From Spirochaetia bacterium (GTDB lineage: Bacteria; Spirochaetota; Spirochaetia; DSM-2461): a stretch of 64,000 bases of DNA. Below are positions 39,949-48,510 of this stretch, piece after piece. The notes under the pieces are model-generated. The model ran no database searches. It had not been told where the DNA came from and worked only from the letters and a program-made list of their open reading frames with translations. Each line of letters begins with the position of its first letter. Position 1 is the first letter of the stretch. A program made the position numbers and the translations under genes. Location: contig CAXXIA010000001.1 in the NCBI GenBank assembly GCA_963666985.2, forward strand, positions 1,280,001 to 1,344,000. The letters run 5' to 3'.

Positions 39949-42739
39949 CGCCGCTCTCCTGTCCCAGTCCGTCCAGACGAAGGGTAATCAGCCGGGAAAC
40001 ACCCGACTCCTGCATGGTAACGCCCAATAAAGAGCGGGCGCCGGCCACCGTTTTTTTATTATGGGTAATCACGACGAACTGACCGTTCTCTCCGAACTCT
40101 CCGAGAAGATTCGTGAATCTCTGGATGTTGGCTTCATCCAGAGCCGCATCGATTTCGTCCAGGATGCAAAACGGCGACGGTTTCACCAAGAAGGTCGCAA
40201 ACATCAGCGCCACGCCGCAAAGAGACTTTTCACCTCCGGAAAGAAGCGAAATGTTCTCCAATTTCTTTCCGGGAGGCTGTGCGTAAATTTCCAAGCCTGA
40301 GTTGAGCGGATCTTCATGGTCGATAAGCTTGATTTCGGCCCGTCCTCCGCCAAAAAGCCGCCGGAACATCTCATGAAAATTCTCTCTGATTTCTTTATAT
40401 GTTTTTAAAAAGAGATCCGCGGACTCCCGCTTCATCTCCTCGGTGACTCGGCTCAAATCTTCGCGAGCTTTCCGCAGATCCTCGAGCTGATTTTTCAGAA
40501 AGTCATACCGCTCGGAAACTTCCGCGAATTCCTCGGGCGCCATCAGATTCACTTGTCCCAAACCCTTAAGTTCCGCTTTTGCGGCGCTTAGGCGATCCTT
40601 GATATCCTTGGGTTTCTCTTCAAGGGTTTCCTTCCTATCGGAAAATTCCGTTAAATCACGGGAATTGCGGTCCCGGAAGTCATCCAAAAGAACGCGGACT
40701 TCCTCGTCCACGTATTCCATTTCCAGCCGAACGCGTTCCAGTTCTATCTCCAGGGAACCGCGGCGTTCGGTAAGATCCTTTATTTTATCTTCCCGGCCGG
40801 CCATTTTTTCATTTTCGGAACTGATTCCCGATTCCAGACCGGCCATCTCGCCGCGAAGCTTCTCCCCATCCTTCTCAAGTTTTTCCCGCTCGGCAAGGAT
40901 GGCCTCTACCTGCCCGTCCAGATCCTTGATGCGTCCCTGTTCCTCGGCAATTTGACGGCGGATTTCCGAAAGCCGCAGTTCTTCCGCTTCGGCCTCGCGT
41001 GACAATGAGGTAAGAGAATCCTCGGCCGCGGCAACCTGCGTTACCGTTCTCGCTTGAGTTACGCGGAGTTCTTCGGAACTGTTTTTCGCCTTCTCCAGAG
41101 CCGTTTCCAGCGATGCCTTTTCTTCGGCGAGATTCACCAGTTTCGATCGGAAATCATGGATTCTTTCGGCGGAACCGATAATTCGCTCATCCAAATCGCG
41201 CTTCCGGGTGATAATGCCTTCGGGTGCGAGAAATTCTTCCAGGAAGAGCGCTCCCGTATCTTTATATTCGTTAAAAAGTTCGGAGATGCGATCAAGATTA
41301 TCCTTGATTCCGGAGAATCCTTTTGCGGCTCCTTCAAGAAGTTCCAAGGCTTTTGATCCGTCCGTCAGATTCTTTTGGTCATCAAGAAGTTTCGCTTTTC
41401 CTTCGGCGCGGATTCTGGCTTCGTTCAGAGATTCGGAAATGGAATTCTCCAATTCGCGGCGGGAGTTTTTGTCGTAGCCCGACTCCCGCAATCCCCTATC
41501 CAATTCCTTGACAATATCATCGGTAAGAGCGCGAAGATCCTCCTGAAGGGCTTCCCTCAGCTTTTCTTCCGCGGAAAGCGCCTGCTCCACGGAAAGAGTT
41601 TCATCGGCGATGCCCTTCATCCGGTCCTCGGCCGAGCCGATGGTTTTCTTCAAGGTGGCGATATTACCGTCGATTTCCTTCAGACGATCTTTAAAAGCCT
41701 CCAAATCGGATTGTCTGGCCCGGCGAAGTTCATTCAATCCCGACAAAGCTTCAAGAGCATTCTTTTCCCGCGTTTTCGCCGCTTCAATGACTTCTTCCGA
41801 TTCCTGCCGTCTCTCCCTGATTCTCCGGATTCGGTCTTCCTGATTTTCCTTCTCCAAATCCATGCCGTAAAGCTTCTTCTGACTCTCAATCAGACGGGTT
41901 TCCATCTTGTTGATGGCATCAAGCTCATCGGCAAGGGCCACTTTCATTTCGTCGATACGCTTTACGACATCATTGCGTTTTTCATCGGAAGATTTGAGCC
42001 GTTTTGCCTTTTTTTCCTTTGAATCCTCCAGATCTCTCCATTGCAGAAGCTTTAAATCTCTATCCAGTTCAAAGATGGATTCTTTTAGGCGGCGGTACTC
42101 AAGGGTTTTCTCGGTTTGTTTCCGCAGAGTTTCATAATTCCGACCGACTTCATGGAGGATATTCTCAACCTGCCCCATGTTCTCTTCGGTTTTAACGAGC
42201 TTTCTCTCCGCTTCGCCTCCCCGAGCTTTAAACTTCGTGATTCCCGCGGCTTCCTCGAAAAGATACCGCCGTTCTTCAGGCCGGTTTGAAAGAACTTGGT
42301 CGATCCGTCCCTGTTCCATAACCGAATACGCGGATTTTCCAACGCCCGTATCGAAAAAAAGCTCCCGAATCTCTTTAAGCCTGACCGGTGTGCCGTTCAG
42401 GTAATACTCACTGTCGCCCTCCCGAAAGATTCGCCTTCTAATGGCTATTTCCGGTCTGTCGATTTCAAGAATTCCGTTGTCGTTGGCAATGGTCAGCGTT
42501 ACTTCAGCGACATTGAGAGCCTTTCGACTCTCGGTTCCGCCGAAGATCACATCTTCCATTCTCTCGGCGCGCATATTCCGCACCGACTGTTCACCGAGAA
42601 CCCATTTCACCGCATCGACGATGTTGCTTTTACCGCAGCCGTTAGGACCAAGGAGCGCGGTAATCCCGTCGGTAAACTCTATGACGGTTTTGTCGGCAAA
42701 TGATTTAAATCCGAGGATTTCAATACGCTTGAGAAACAC
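39920..42739 (-). CDS. smc: SMC-family chromosome segregation ATPase (short, 939 aa)
   Basis: GFKSF, GPNGCGKSN, LSGGE, ILDEIDAALD, ITH; GTG start 42739 with GGAGG. Confidence 0.92.
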   Translation of the reverse strand: MFLKRIEILGFKSFADKTVIEFTDGITALLGPNGCGKSNIVDAVKWVLGEQSVRNMRAERMEDVIFGGTESRKALNVAEVTLTIANDNGILEIDRPEIAIRRRIFREGDSEYYLNGTPVRLKEIRELFFDTGVGKSAYSVMEQGRIDQVLSNRPEERRYLFEEAAGITKFKARGGEAERKLVKTEENMGQVENILHEVGRNYETLRKQTEKTLEYRRLKESIFELDRDLKLLQWRDLEDSKEKKAKRLKSSDEKRNDVVKRIDEMKVALADELDAINKMETRLIESQKKLYGMDLEKENQEDRIRRIRERRQESEEVIEAAKTREKNALEALSGLNELRRARQSDLEAFKDRLKEIDGNIATLKKTIGSAEDRMKGIADETLSVEQALSAEEKLREALQEDLRALTDDIVKELDRGLRESGYDKNSRRELENSISESLNEARIRAEGKAKLLDDQKNLTDGSKALELLEGAAKGFSGIKDNLDRISELFNEYKDTGALFLEEFLAPEGIITRKRDLDERIIGSAERIHDFRSKLVNLAEEKASLETALEKAKNSSEELRVTQARTVTQVAAAEDSLTSLSREAEAEELRLSEIRRQIAEEQGRIKDLDGQVEAILAEREKLEKDGEKLRGEMAGLESGISSENEKMAGREDKIKDLTERRGSLEIELERVRLEMEYVDEEVRVLLDDFRDRNSRDLTEFSDRKETLEEKPKDIKDRLSAAKAELKGLGQVNLMAPEEFAEVSERYDFLKNQLEDLRKAREDLSRVTEEMKRESADLFLKTYKEIRENFHEMFRRLFGGGRAEIKLIDHEDPLNSGLEIYAQPPGKKLENISLLSGGEKSLCGVALMFATFLVKPSPFCILDEIDAALDEANIQRFTNLLGEFGENGQFVVITHNKKTVAGARSLLGVTMQESGVSRLITLRLDGLGQESGDEEPVAADR

Positions 42740-42821
42740 CTTCCCTCCCGTAGGGGTTATTATAGCCATGGCCCGACGCGGGAAACAACTCGTTCGGGCA
42801 CCGCTCACGCCCGCTTAATTC

Positions 42822-43892
42822 TTATTCATTCCATCCGGCCTTCAGTTCGACACGCCGATTAAGATCCTGCCGGAAGGGATTGTTCGTCGCGGGAACCGAG
42901 ACGCCGTATCCCTTGGCCGTTAAACGAACCGAAGGTTCGATACGCTCACCCAGATACGCCGCAACGGCCGATGCTCTGGCTTCGGAAAGAAGAAGCCGGC
43001 CCCGCTCGGTTCCGTAATCGGCGCAGTGCCCCCCGATATCAACGAAAAGATCGCCTTGAAGCTCCTTTGCGTAGTCATTCAGAAGAGATTTCGTCATCGG
43101 CGTTAATTCCGCGCTCTCGGCGGAAAAATACACCACCAGAGGAGAGGGAGGGAGGGGGGCCGTTTGATTCGGTTCTTTTTCCGTTTCTTCCGTATCGGAA
43201 GTTCGAAGATCTCTCTCGCCTTCGTTAATTGCAGTATCGGGTGATTCCTCCGGGCTTTGTTCTGTGTTCCGAACGCCGCCCGCATCTTCTTTCAAGCTCT
43301 TATCATTATTCTCCGCGGCGTAAGCGGTCCGCGTATCCTCTTCGCCGTTCGGCGCCGTATCGAAACTCCGTCCGCCGTCATCTTCCCGGATACGGTTCTT
43401 ACCGCTGTCGGCAGATTCGGTCTCCCGCGAGGTTTTGAAATCATCGGTTTCGCCGGTCGGCGAACCGGATGTTCTCGCCGAGAACAAACTCTTTTCCTGA
43501 AAAACAGGTAATAAAAAGTAAATCCCCGACGAAAGGAGAAGAAAAAGCATCATCGCCGCGATGAACTTAAGCACTCCGCCCGGTCCGGTTCTGACCTTAA
43601 TCGTTTCAATTGTTCGATCCGGTTTCCGAATCCGGATTTCCCATACGGAAAGAGAACGCCGATCGATCCGCAGGCTTATTTCCGCGGGCGATTCGTCGGT
43701 ACCCGCAAGACCTTCCAGCTTAACCGTTTTCTTGAGAATATGTTTTTTCCCGCGGAACGCATAAAACTCCAGACGGGCGGTGTTCTGACCGGCTTTGAGC
43801 GTCCGAAGCCGAACATTTTTCGACAAATCCGAAGTCCGTAAGTCGATACGGACAAATCGGCCGCCGTCGATGGCGATTCCAAGGGATTTCAT
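42822..43892 (-). CDS. Membrane protein: Hsp70-SBD-like N-terminus, TM, C-terminal OmpA-like peptidoglycan-binding domain
   Basis: IGGHCAD.G, LSEARA, NRRVE OmpA_C motifs; start revised to ATG 43892. Confidence 0.85.
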   Translation of the reverse strand: MKSLGIAIDGGRFVRIDLRTSDLSKNVRLRTLKAGQNTARLEFYAFRGKKHILKKTVKLEGLAGTDESPAEISLRIDRRSLSVWEIRIRKPDRTIETIKVRTGPGGVLKFIAAMMLFLLLSSGIYFLLPVFQEKSLFSARTSGSPTGETDDFKTSRETESADSGKNRIREDDGGRSFDTAPNGEEDTRTAYAAENNDKSLKEDAGGVRNTEQSPEESPDTAINEGERDLRTSDTEETEKEPNQTAPLPPSPLVVYFSAESAELTPMTKSLLNDYAKELQGDLFVDIGGHCADYGTERGRLLLSEARASAVAAYLGERIEPSVRLTAKGYGVSVPATNNPFRQDLNRRVELKAGWNE

Positions 43893-43934
43893 GTGGTTTA
43901 TTATACGACACTTCAAGAGAAAGTGCCGATTCGG

Positions 43935-44375
43935 CTACCTGGACTCCATCATCGATACGGCTTTTCCCATTTCTTCGCGGAAAGCGTTTATGGAACCTAC
44001 AGAAACAAAGACGGACTCCCGGTGCATCCCTGAGGCATCTTCCCTCTTTTCAATAATCTGCATCGCCGGCTTGCCTTTAAAGCTCTTCCTGATAATGTAT
44101 TCCCGCCGGCCGCCGCCGACGGAAAATTTTCGTTCGGTCTCCGAACGGTGTTCTTTAATATCTTTGATACAGCCGTCAAGCGATTTGATGAATTTTTCAA
44201 GATTTTCAGCAAAAACCACGATTGAAGATCGTACGAATCCTCTGTCGGTCTTGCGGCTCTCGACAATGTTCAAATATGTATCGCCATATCGGTTTTCTTT
44301 AATATTGAAGAAAAAAGTTTTCTGTCCCTCGTCGACGAACAATCTCGTACTGAAAATTTCGCCCCTTTGGCCCAT
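43935..44375 (-). CDS. PUR-domain (DUF3276-like) ssDNA/RNA-binding protein
   Basis: EIFS, KTFFFNIKENRYGDTYLNIVES, RSSIVVF, followed by a second similar repeat. Confidence 0.82.
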   Translation of the reverse strand: MGQRGEIFSTRLFVDEGQKTFFFNIKENRYGDTYLNIVESRKTDRGFVRSSIVVFAENLEKFIKSLDGCIKDIKEHRSETERKFSVGGGRREYIIRKSFKGKPAMQIIEKREDASGMHRESVFVSVGSINAFREEMGKAVSMMESR

Positions 44376-44541
44376 ACGGCCCCCTTTTTATCCTGAACGT
44401 GGCGAGAATACTATCGATCCGTTCATCGGGACGCAAGAGGGAAAAACTCGGACTCGATTCTGAAAGCTCAATCGCTCAAGAGAAATCCGTTCTCAGGTCT
44501 CTTTCCCCGGAATCGGCGACAATTCAGAATGGGGAAAATCA

Positions 44542-46227
44542 TCAGCCGACAAAGCGTTTTGCGGCCAATTCCTCGATTTTGTCGATTTGCTCCGTTATGA
44601 AGGAAAAGCATTCGGGAAAACGGCTTCCGGAATCACGAAGCGATCGAATTTGATTCTCAAACTCATCCCTGTATTTCTTATGAGCCATTTTTTTCAGAAT
44701 ACGCGGGATTTCCTTCACGATATCCCGGCAATCATTGGGATTGCGGAGCCAAACTTCCTTCAGTACATCGAGTTCTTCGCTTCTGCTAGTGCAGATCGCT
44801 TCATCAAGAAAATCGGAAAAGACACGAAGATCGTCGCAGGAGAGTTCCTCCAGATTCGGGAGTGAAACAATGCGTACGAAATGACGCATTTCCACGTTAA
44901 AGATTCCCCCGGGAAGATCGAGGCTCCAGAAGGAATCCTCAAATCGACCGAGAGACGCCAAACGCCGCGGATGAAAAAAGCCGGAGGACTGAAGCTGAAT
45001 TTTTCGCTCAAGAAGGATGCGGTCCACATCCAGCCGATTTCGCTTTTTCGTACGCCTGCCCTTTTCTACAATAAGGACGAATTCAATATTTCGATCTTTC
45101 CTTCCGACGCTTTGTCTTCCTCCTCGATACGTCGGATAAGGATTTGCTTCGAGTTTCAGCCTTCCGTAGTCTTCGCAAAGGGAACGAAGTTTATCAAAGG
45201 GTATAATCCCGTCCGTGCTGTAGCTGACCAAGAGCAGAGGAGCCTGAAGACCGTCCAAAAGAGCGGCCAGCGCCGTTTCCGCCGTCCGGCGGATGCAGTA
45301 ATCCGATCGGGTTACGGACCAGTCGCGGCGGATTCCCGCCTTCCGCTTCAGAGTTCCGTCCGCTCCAAGTTCCAGAGGTTCGGGGAGATGATCCCACTTC
45401 ACCAATGTGTTCAAAAGATGATAGTTGCTGCCGTATTGGTGCTGATTGTAAGGAGGATCAAGATAGACGATATCGGCATCGGAAACGAGGCCTTCGGAAA
45501 CCAAATCAGCCGCGTCACGGCAATAGACTTTCCCGGGAGGCGCCTCGATCACCCGGGGAGCCTTAAACTCAATCGGACGCATTATTCGTGAAAGAGCGTC
45601 CTTTCCATGCCCCCCGAAACCTTTGTGAAAGGCCTTGAACACGCCGGAAGTATTAACATGGGTTGCGGCGGCGTAAATGACCGGCGCGAGCAAGAGGGAA
45701 CGGCGTAAATCCTCGTCGGATTCCGCTTGTCCCGATGCCGCGGCGAGTTCAATCCAATTTCGTGCGGCATCCAGCTTCAGAGCGTTCTCCCTGGTGTAGA
45801 ACAGCCGCTCCGTTCTGTAATCGGCCTTCAGGGGATCGGAGGAAGAAGGAGCGTAATAACGGGCCAGATACTCTTCGTTTTCCGCCGGAGACGGCAGGTG
45901 ATTCAGCTTTTCCACGGCGGCTTCCAGGGCATCGGAATCACCAAAAAGCCGAACAATGTCGGCCGGAACAGGCTCAAGCCAGGCTTTGGCCAGAACACGG
46001 GCGTAAGGCTCCCAGTCGTTGGCCGTCACTCTCATTCCCAAACGGCGCGCGTACCGGGACACAATCCCGCTGCCGCTGAACGGATCGGCGAACCGGAGAC
46101 CTTCCAAAGGACCTCCGGCCGCTTTCCTCAGCGCATCTCCAATCAGCCTTAAAAGACGCCTTTTGTTGCCTATATAGGCAATGATTCCCTCACTGAGATA
46201 CGGATCGCCGCTACGATTCTCCATCAT
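44542..46227 (-). CDS. N6-adenine DNA methyltransferase (D12 class), orphan
   Basis: YIGNKRRLL, DPFSGSG SAM motif, VYLDPPY catalytic motif, SYS; start 46227 or 46224. Confidence 0.9.
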   Translation of the reverse strand: MMENRSGDPYLSEGIIAYIGNKRRLLRLIGDALRKAAGGPLEGLRFADPFSGSGIVSRYARRLGMRVTANDWEPYARVLAKAWLEPVPADIVRLFGDSDALEAAVEKLNHLPSPAENEEYLARYYAPSSSDPLKADYRTERLFYTRENALKLDAARNWIELAAASGQAESDEDLRRSLLLAPVIYAAATHVNTSGVFKAFHKGFGGHGKDALSRIMRPIEFKAPRVIEAPPGKVYCRDAADLVSEGLVSDADIVYLDPPYNQHQYGSNYHLLNTLVKWDHLPEPLELGADGTLKRKAGIRRDWSVTRSDYCIRRTAETALAALLDGLQAPLLLVSYSTDGIIPFDKLRSLCEDYGRLKLEANPYPTYRGGRQSVGRKDRNIEFVLIVEKGRRTKKRNRLDVDRILLERKIQLQSSGFFHPRRLASLGRFEDSFWSLDLPGGIFNVEMRHFVRIVSLPNLEELSCDDLRVFSDFLDEAICTSRSEELDVLKEVWLRNPNDCRDIVKEIPRILKKMAHKKYRDEFENQIRSLRDSGSRFPECFSFITEQIDKIEELAAKRFVG

Positions 46228-47641
46228 CGAAAACAATCAGCTCATTTCCCGCCCTGATAACATCACCGTTTTCAAGGACTGTTGCATTATTCAGTTTTTG
46301 ATTATTAACCGTTACCCCTTTATCGGAAAAGACGCGCCATTTCCCGTTCCGGTCTTTCTCGACGATAATCGTTTCTCCTGACATTTTTCCGGAACCTTGA
46401 GTTTCATGCATCATCGTCGTTGCCGCTCCTCCGCTTCCGGGTTCAATAATCGTCCGTCCCCCCGAAAGAGCCACCGTCGCGGCTCCTCCGCCCTCGGGAC
46501 GCAGCCTTTCGAGGGATGGAACCTCATTCTTTCCCGCAGCCTTGGCGCGCCAAAGAAGAACGATCACGAGAATCGACAAAGGAATCGCCGTCAGCGAAAG
46601 CAAGGCGTCTTTTCGCGACGAAGGCGCTCCGAAAACAACCGGAGAAGGAAACGACAATTCGGATCCGGCGCTTCCGTCCGCCGATTCGACGCGGATTTTA
46701 GTCTCCGGTGCTCCCGTGGGAGTCGGACGAAAACCCAGTTTATACTCGGCCAAAACCCTTTCCCGAATGGTCGCATAAAGCCCGGAGAGCTCTTCTTCGC
46801 CTTCGACATCGAATACGATTCCGCCTGTGGCATGAGCGATACGGGCCAAATCTTCATCCCGATTCGGACCGAACCGTACGGCATACAGGGTTATTCCCTC
46901 GTTTCGAAGCGCTTCCAGAGCATCGTCCGCGTTAAAAACCTCTTCACCATACTCAGGATGAGGATTTCCGGTTCTCACCGAATACGGATAATTCTCGCCG
47001 TCGGAAAACAAGATAACGATGCGTCTGCCGCGTTCTTTCGATAAAGTCGATGAGGCCTCGACAACGGCCGCGTAGAGCTCCGTAAAGGCCTCCTGCTCCT
47101 GCGGAGGAGAGGATATGCCCAGACGTTCCATCAATGAGGCTCTATCGGTTCTGGGGCCCGCCAGCAGCTTATAGCGGGTTCCGAAAACCGCCAAGCCGGC
47201 TCTGTCCATGGACGTTCCCAATTCATCAAGGAAATTTCCGGCCTCACGCCTGGCCATGGCGGCCCGGGTTCTATCGGGCCGAGGCGAGGGGCGCCCGAGA
47301 GCATCGTCGTACATGCTCCCCGAATCGTCGATGAGCATCATGAACGCGATTCCTTCCCGTCTTTCACCGGCGGCCGAGAACCGCGCGATGGGAAGCCCCT
47401 CGCCGAATTCTTCACCGACAGGCGCCTGTCGAACTTTGAAATCGTCCGCCTGCAAACCCTCTACGGGCATGCCTTTTCCATCGGTAACGACGACATACAA
47501 ATCCACCATTCCCCGCACGGGCAGAAAACGGGAATCGATACCGCTTAAGGCGACATCGTCGGCAAACATCGCAGCCGGTATCAACACCGACAAAACCGAT
47601 ATCGCGAAAACGGCGGCCGGAAAGGTAAAAACGTTCTTCAT
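46211..47641 (-). CDS. Signal peptide-vWA-TM-FHA-like protein
   Basis: MIDAS DDSGS...T...SDG; TM near C-terminus; GVTVNN...LENGDVIRAG FHA tail. Confidence 0.85.
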   Translation of the reverse strand: MKNVFTFPAAVFAISVLSVLIPAAMFADDVALSGIDSRFLPVRGMVDLYVVVTDGKGMPVEGLQADDFKVRQAPVGEEFGEGLPIARFSAAGERREGIAFMMLIDDSGSMYDDALGRPSPRPDRTRAAMARREAGNFLDELGTSMDRAGLAVFGTRYKLLAGPRTDRASLMERLGISSPPQEQEAFTELYAAVVEASSTLSKERGRRIVILFSDGENYPYSVRTGNPHPEYGEEVFNADDALEALRNEGITLYAVRFGPNRDEDLARIAHATGGIVFDVEGEEELSGLYATIRERVLAEYKLGFRPTPTGAPETKIRVESADGSAGSELSFPSPVVFGAPSSRKDALLSLTAIPLSILVIVLLWRAKAAGKNEVPSLERLRPEGGGAATVALSGGRTIIEPGSGGAATTMMHETQGSGKMSGETIIVEKDRNGKWRVFSDKGVTVNNQKLNNATVLENGDVIRAGNELIVFDDGES

Positions 47642-48510
47642 CGCTTTGCCTCGTAAATAAGCGTGGTTTCGCCGACTTTTACAACATCGTCGTATCGCAG
47701 TTCCGTTCTTTCGGCCGTCTCGCCGTTCACAACGACGGTTGCTCCGGCCTTCGGACTGATGGCGACGGTTCCGCCCTTCAGCGAGACTCTGGCCGCATCG
47801 GAGGCTCCGTTCCGCTCCGCATTACCCGTACCGAAGGCAACGGTCATGTTTCGCTGATTCACGGGAAAAGATCGGCCTTTTAAGGGACCCGTGAGAACCG
47901 TTAATCGCCCCCTGGCGCGCCTGCTTTCCATTCTGTCCGCCAAATAAGCGACGGCGAGCCCCCAGAGCAGAAGACCTGCGGCCCTCCCGAAAAATCGTAC
48001 CGTAAGCGCCGTCAGCGCTTCGGCGGCGATTCCCCCGATCAGTCCGCCGATGAATCCCCCGAACGCGCCTGCCGAGATGCGCCGTAAAGACAAAGACCGC
48101 ATCCCCGAAGCCGCTCCCACGGCGGTTCCCAAAACGATCCAGCCCGGTATCCGGGCAAGCGCCGCTCCCCTTTCGGCCAGCGGGAGGCCTCCTATGGCTG
48201 CCGATTCGGCCGCCAGGGAAAGAATAAGCTGTCCAAGGGCCATTCCCACCGCTCCGAATACGGCGCCCAGCGCCGCACCGATTCCCGCCGCCGAGGCCGC
48301 CTTGCCGGGCAGCCCCTGCCTCATTCCCTCGGCCGTCGGCGCGACGGCCCCGAGAAGCAATCCCGCGACGGCGCCCAATGTCAGCGAAAGGGCTCTGATA
48401 TCGGAAAACCTCGCGGCGTTCCAAAGGACAAACTCCACGCCCATCCACGCAAGCGCGCCGCCGGCCAAACCGGTCAGTATGGAATAGAGCGATGCTCGGG
48501 ATTCATTCAT
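47638..48510 (-). CDS. Polytopic Gly-rich membrane protein with C-terminal FHA-like domain
   Basis: About 6-7 Gly/Ala-rich TMs; LTVLTGPLKGRSF...VVVNG...LRYDDVVKVG. Confidence 0.8.
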   Translation of the reverse strand: MNESRASLYSILTGLAGGALAWMGVEFVLWNAARFSDIRALSLTLGAVAGLLLGAVAPTAEGMRQGLPGKAASAAGIGAALGAVFGAVGMALGQLILSLAAESAAIGGLPLAERGAALARIPGWIVLGTAVGAASGMRSLSLRRISAGAFGGFIGGLIGGIAAEALTALTVRFFGRAAGLLLWGLAVAYLADRMESRRARGRLTVLTGPLKGRSFPVNQRNMTVAFGTGNAERNGASDAARVSLKGGTVAISPKAGATVVVNGETAERTELRYDDVVKVGETTLIYEAKR

